The translations under genes were made by a program, and so were the position numbers. Of a stretch of DNA of 64,000 nt, positions 59,769 through 64,000 are shown piece after piece. How positions within the stretch are numbered: position 1 is the first letter of the stretch; every line of letters starts with the position of its first letter. Source of the DNA: an uncultured Acidobacteriota bacterium (GTDB lineage Bacteria > Acidobacteriota > Vicinamibacteria > Vicinamibacterales > UBA2999); the NCBI GenBank assembly GCA_963807105.1, contig CAWEAM010000010.1, positions 324,773 to 388,772 on the forward strand, in the 5' to 3' direction. The notes under the pieces were generated by a model. That model had not been told where the DNA came from, searched no databases, and saw nothing but the letters and a program-made list of their open reading frames with translations.

Positions 59769-62720
59769 CTAGAAGTCATACAAGACATTGAACTCGACCA
59801 GCCGACCCCGCAGGATGCTTGTGACCCGGCCGAAGCTCGACCCAGATGCGGTTGCTACTCCTGTCACGGTGTTCGCGTTGAACATGTTGAAGAGGTTCAT
59901 GCGCAGCGCCATGCTATTCGCTCCCCCAAGCCGCAGCCGCTTTTCAACGCGGAAGTCCGTCAGATGGACCGTTGGTAGTTGATGGGCATCGCGCGGCTCC
60001 ACGCGAAGTGTGATCGAGGGAATTGTGACGCCGCCGCGGAACACAGCCGTTCGCGCATAGTAGCCCCCGCTCCGGGCCTGGTAGTTCGCCGAGAGCTGAA
60101 TGTCCCACCAGGGTGTCATGTAGCTCCCCGAGATTCGCCCTTGCCACTCGCTCGTGTTGTCGGCCGCGAAGATCTCCGCATTCGGGTCCTTGGTGTTGGC
60201 CTCGAACGCTCCCACGGCCCCGGAGGCCGTATTGGGTGGGAGCGGGTCGTCGAGCTTCGTGTAGCTGAAGGAGCCCTGCAGAGACCAGCGGTTGGCGAGC
60301 CGCCGGGTCGCCGCGATCTCGAACGAGGTGTACTCCTTGTTGGCCGCCGGGTCGTTGACGATCCACGGCGCCTGAAAGGCGTTCCCGCGCAGCGCCACCG
60401 GATACTCGAAATAAGTGATTGACGTCCCCGGATCATCTGCGTTGCCTCGGATGTTGTCAGGGCCCGGATCGGGGTTCGTAATTGGAATCGTGTAGCTTTC
60501 ATACGGCCGCAGGGTGTTCTCGTACCGGTACCAGTTCAGCACGCGCGAGTGAATGCCCGTGAGCCGCACGGCGAAGCCCTGCATCACCTCCCGCTCGAAC
60601 TGCGCCATGTATTCGTCGGTATAGGCCTGCGTTTCGTCCGGATTGACGATCCCATTCGCCAGGGCCGCGCCCTGGCCCGTGAAAGTCGTGCTCTGGAAGT
60701 CACACACCACGCCAGGACCGGCCACGCAGTTCGGATCCAGGTTGACCTCACCGTCATCGTACTCACGGTTGCCGTTGAGGTCGCGCCATGTGTAGACCGT
60801 TGTGTTGATGACGTTCCGGTTCGCCGTGTTGATCTCCTCGAACCAGCGCCCCTTCATATAGCGCCCCCAGCCGGCCTTAAGCAGTGTCCGGCCGTCGCCC
60901 GTGAAGTCGTAGGCAAAGCGCAGGCGCGGCGCGAGCGAGTGGTAGATCGGGAACTGGATATCCGGGTAGCACTGGGCGGGGTTTGCAATGTGCCCCGGCG
61001 GGTTTGCCGCCTCTCGGCACACCTCCGGCACCTTCCCGTCGTCATACGCGTAGCGGACCCCCAGGTTGAGCGTCAGCCTTTGGCCCAGCGTCCACGTGTC
61101 GTGGATGTAGGGGGCAACATAGAGGAGCCGCCCCGTTGGCGCCACCGGCGTGTTCTGGACTTCGATGATGTCGGAAACGCTGCTCGCGAAGACGAGCTCG
61201 TAGGTGGGCGCCTTCCGGTCTATGCGGGCGCGGTTCCCCTCCGAGTGAAAGTAGTCCGCACCCATCTTGAAGGTGTGACTGCCTCCCACCCAATCCGGTT
61301 TGTACCAGTTCAGTCCCCAGCGCACGTTGTGCCGGAACACGTGTTGCCGCTCGTTCATGTCGGGCCGGGTGCCCCACGCGTAGCCCGTGATCCGATCCCG
61401 GGCCGGCGTCGCACCGTCGGCGAACTCTTCGCCCCACCCGCCGGAGCGGTTCACCCAAAGGCCATACATCAACGACATCGAGCGCGTGTCCCCCTGGATG
61501 GACTGCCATTCCGTCTTCACCGTCGGGCTGAAGGCGTTCCACTGCTTCCGGCGCCGCTCCCACGCGACGAACTGAGTCGCACCCTCGTTGTCGCGCCGGA
61601 AAATCGCGGTCATCATGCCGTTCACAGTATTCGAGGGATTGATCTTGAGAGTCTCCTTGGTGGTGATATACCCGGCGCGCTGCCACTCGAAGCACTGCTC
61701 GCCGGCCGGCTGGAGGGCTGGGCCCGTAAAGGGCGGCTCCCGCTGGAAGCAGTCCTGCGTGAGCGTCCGGTCCCGCTGCAGACGTCCCATGCCGAAGAAC
61801 CAGAGCTTGTCGCGAAGAATCGGCCCTCCCACCTCGCCACTGTAGTCGTCCTTCAGGTCGAGCTCATCGGGGGCCCCGACGCCCTGCGCCTCGAGCTCCG
61901 GCGTGAGATTGTTGCTCTGAAAGGTCTGGTTCGTGTAGCCGACGAAGACGCGACCATGAAAATTGTTGCTGCCGCCCTTGACGACGCTGTTGATCATGAT
62001 GCCGCGCGTTGGGATCGACGCATCGTGCCCTAGCGTCGAGATCGCCGCCTCCTCGAACGCCGTGAAGTCGATGTACTGGCCCGTCTGGCTCAACAGCGGG
62101 CTCGTGGTCACTACCCCGTCGAACGTCTGGTAGGCCTGGTTGCTTTGTCCGAACGCCCGGAACACCGGGTTGCTGGTGGGCGACAACGCTTGGATGCCCT
62201 CCCGCACCCCAGGCGCCTGGGCCAGGATGGCGTTGTAGCCAGTCCGCGGCGTCGGGATCACATCGAGCGTCTCGCGCGTCAGCGTCGTCGTGGCGGCCGA
62301 GGACGTTACGTCCACCACCGGCGACAACCCGGAGACCGTCACCGTTTCCTCGAGCCCGCCGACGCCCATCGTTACATCGAGCCGGGCCGTCAGGCCGGCA
62401 GTCAGGCGCACCCCCTCGCGCCGCACCGTGCGGAAACCCTGGAGTTCGAACTCCAGTACGTAGGTCCCGATGGGCAACGGCGTCAGGCGATACCGGCCCT
62501 CCGCGTCGCTCACCGCTGTGCGCGATCCCTGCAGGGTCGGGCTCGTCGCCGTCACAGTGACGCCAGGAATAAGGCTCTGGCTCTCATCCGTCACGGTGCC
62601 AATGACGCTCGCCTCTGTCAATTGACCGGCGGTTGCTCGGCTGGTTCCCACGAGTGCTGCGAGCACAACGAGCACCGCTCCGACACTCCGCCGCCATCCG
62701 TAGACACGGCTCGAACCCAT
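59769..62720 (-). CDS. TonB-dependent receptor
   Basis: GGAGG RBS, signal peptide, IGTVTDES, LPIGTY, APRLRFAYD, ends LYDF. Confidence 0.92.
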   Translation of the reverse strand: MGSSRVYGWRRSVGAVLVVLAALVGTSRATAGQLTEASVIGTVTDESQSLIPGVTVTATSPTLQGSRTAVSDAEGRYRLTPLPIGTYVLEFELQGFRTVRREGVRLTAGLTARLDVTMGVGGLEETVTVSGLSPVVDVTSSAATTTLTRETLDVIPTPRTGYNAILAQAPGVREGIQALSPTSNPVFRAFGQSNQAYQTFDGVVTTSPLLSQTGQYIDFTAFEEAAISTLGHDASIPTRGIMINSVVKGGSNNFHGRVFVGYTNQTFQSNNLTPELEAQGVGAPDELDLKDDYSGEVGGPILRDKLWFFGMGRLQRDRTLTQDCFQREPPFTGPALQPAGEQCFEWQRAGYITTKETLKINPSNTVNGMMTAIFRRDNEGATQFVAWERRRKQWNAFSPTVKTEWQSIQGDTRSMSLMYGLWVNRSGGWGEEFADGATPARDRITGYAWGTRPDMNERQHVFRHNVRWGLNWYKPDWVGGSHTFKMGADYFHSEGNRARIDRKAPTYELVFASSVSDIIEVQNTPVAPTGRLLYVAPYIHDTWTLGQRLTLNLGVRYAYDDGKVPEVCREAANPPGHIANPAQCYPDIQFPIYHSLAPRLRFAYDFTGDGRTLLKAGWGRYMKGRWFEEINTANRNVINTTVYTWRDLNGNREYDDGEVNLDPNCVAGPGVVCDFQSTTFTGQGAALANGIVNPDETQAYTDEYMAQFEREVMQGFAVRLTGIHSRVLNWYRYENTLRPYESYTIPITNPDPGPDNIRGNADDPGTSITYFEYPVALRGNAFQAPWIVNDPAANKEYTSFEIAATRRLANRWSLQGSFSYTKLDDPLPPNTASGAVGAFEANTKDPNAEIFAADNTSEWQGRISGSYMTPWWDIQLSANYQARSGGYYARTAVFRGGVTIPSITLRVEPRDAHQLPTVHLTDFRVEKRLRLGGANSMALRMNLFNMFNANTVTGVATASGSSFGRVTSILRGRLVEFNVLYDF

Positions 62721-62797
62721 GTTCACCTCCCAAACAGCGAGTGCTGAGGGCGTGGAGGCGCACAGTCCTGAGGCTGACCCGCGCACGCTCAGTATTT

Positions 62798-63081
62798 TTG
62801 CGTGCAAGCTAGCCATTTTTGTGCTCTTTGTCAATAGATTTGTAGACATACAGGTGTCAGACGTATATCGACGGCCCCGCCATGGTCATGCGACCGTACG
62901 ACGGCTAGCGCTCTCCGAGGCCGCGGTCCGCCCGGTGACCGCCAAACCGAACGCCACCACGCGAAGTTCGTTTTTGAATCCTTGAGCAGAGAGTGGATCA
63001 ATACTGGCAAGTTTTCACATACAAAAAGTGGCTGATTGCATACGAGTCGGCCTTGACAGTGCGCATATCGACATGTACAGT
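62798..63081. promoter_or_regulatory. Divergent promoters with MatR-like boxes
   Basis: TTGCGTGCAA 62798, TTGTAGACAT 62840, CACATACAA 63016, TTGCATACGA 63036, TTGACA (63053)-17-TACAGT. Confidence 0.62.
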
Positions 63082-63172
63082 GCGACCGCCAATCGCTTCA
63101 TGAGCCCAGAGTCTTCATGACCGCGGGGTTCGGCGGTTGGATGGCCTGTTTTGACCCCTTGAAGGAGGCACA

Positions 63173-64000
63173 ATGCGGAGAAACGTAAAAGTCGGGGTCG
63201 CTTTCGTCGCGGCAGTTCTGGGCCTTTCAGGCGTGGTGGTGAACTCACAAGGTCAACTGGCCGGCCCGGGTCGTCACATCGCTCCGGAAAGCCAGATAGT
63301 CGCTGTCCGGGCAGGCCGTCTGTTCGATGCCCGATCGGGAAACATGCTGACCAACCAAGTGATCCTCATCAGGGGCGATCGGATCGCAGACGTCGGCCCC
63401 TCGGTGCAGATTCCGAGCGGGGCGACGGTGATCGACCTTAGCGGGGCGACCGTGCTACCCGGGATGATTGACGCTCACGTTCATGTGAACGGTGGCGAGA
63501 CGCCATACCAGCGCGCCATTCACCAACTGACGAACGCTCAGGCGAATCTCGAGGCAGGCTTCACGACTGTGGTCGACATGGACTCCCGGGGCGGGTTTGG
63601 GACGGTCGATCTCCGGAACATGATTAACAGCGGGCACGTGCAGGGGCCGCGGATGCAGGTTTCCGGCCAGTCCATCAATCAGCGGGCCGGAAACGCCTAC
63701 CCGGCGCTGCTGCCGGGCTTCTATGAAGGCTACACCGAAAACAAGAACATCAATTCGCCGTGGCTGGCTCGGGGCGCCGTTCGCGAGTGGAAGCTGCACG
63801 GTGTCGACTGGATCAAGATCTACACAACTCAGGATTTCGTGGGCGAGCACTACATGTTCCGGCCCGACGGCAGCGGCAAGCTGATCGCTTCCCCTTCTTT
63901 GACATCGGAAGAAGTCGAAGCCATTGTCGATGAGGCGCACCGCATGGGATTGAAGGTGGCTTGCCACACGTACGGTGGGGAAGGGATGATGAGTTGCCTG
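63173..64000 (+). CDS. Exported amidohydrolase, 3'-partial; paralog of 43670-45206
   Basis: Not in the ORF track (no stop in window): MRRNVKVGVAFVAAVLG...VRAGRLFD...LPGMIDAHVH...NINSPWLARGAVRE...DWIKIY. Confidence 0.9.
   Translation, partial: MRRNVKVGVAFVAAVLGLSGVVVNSQGQLAGPGRHIAPESQIVAVRAGRLFDARSGNMLTNQVILIRGDRIADVGPSVQIPSGATVIDLSGATVLPGMIDAHVHVNGGETPYQRAIHQLTNAQANLEAGFTTVVDMDSRGGFGTVDLRNMINSGHVQGPRMQVSGQSINQRAGNAYPALLPGFYEGYTENKNINSPWLARGAVREWKLHGVDWIKIYTTQDFVGEHYMFRPDGSGKLIASPSLTSEEVEAIVDEAHRMGLKVACHTYGGEGMMSCL

Overview
GC-rich bacterial DNA. The gene style suggests Acidobacteriota, probably Vicinamibacteria-like: ~1000-aa carboxypeptidase-regulatory/TonB-dependent receptors, kinase-TPR and PD40 remnants (inference). 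Many otherwise intact genes carry single-base frameshifts, probably long-read errors, and there are also genuine gene remnants. Four zones. (1) 1-13 kb is an envelope cluster: degenerate class III cyclase, cNMP-domain MscS, class D sortase with an LPKTA substrate, aqpZ, tandem OB-fold-like proteins (free, sortase-anchored and beta-barrel-fused) and a DUF3011-porin. Several of these genes share one repeated sigma54-type promoter module. (2) 13-20 kb holds assorted enzymes and regulators plus decayed fragments. (3) 20.7-40.5 kb has a lower-GC operon (amidase, Tat flavoprotein, two PuuE-like deacetylases, TonB receptor), an ankyrin-like gene with a structured leader, a TonB receptor with an acetamidase, and a DUF2075 helicase next to a tRNA 3' fragment (att-like). 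(4) 40.9-64 kb is a malonate-linked catabolic region: matA, MatR-like GntR, class III CoA-transferase, four-subunit Na+-translocating decarboxylase, three exported amidohydrolases, heme beta-propeller, cytochrome c, exported class II aldolase and a TonB receptor. TTGTATACAA-like boxes recur in the promoters from 29 to 63 kb. No rRNA, complete tRNA or CRISPR array was seen.
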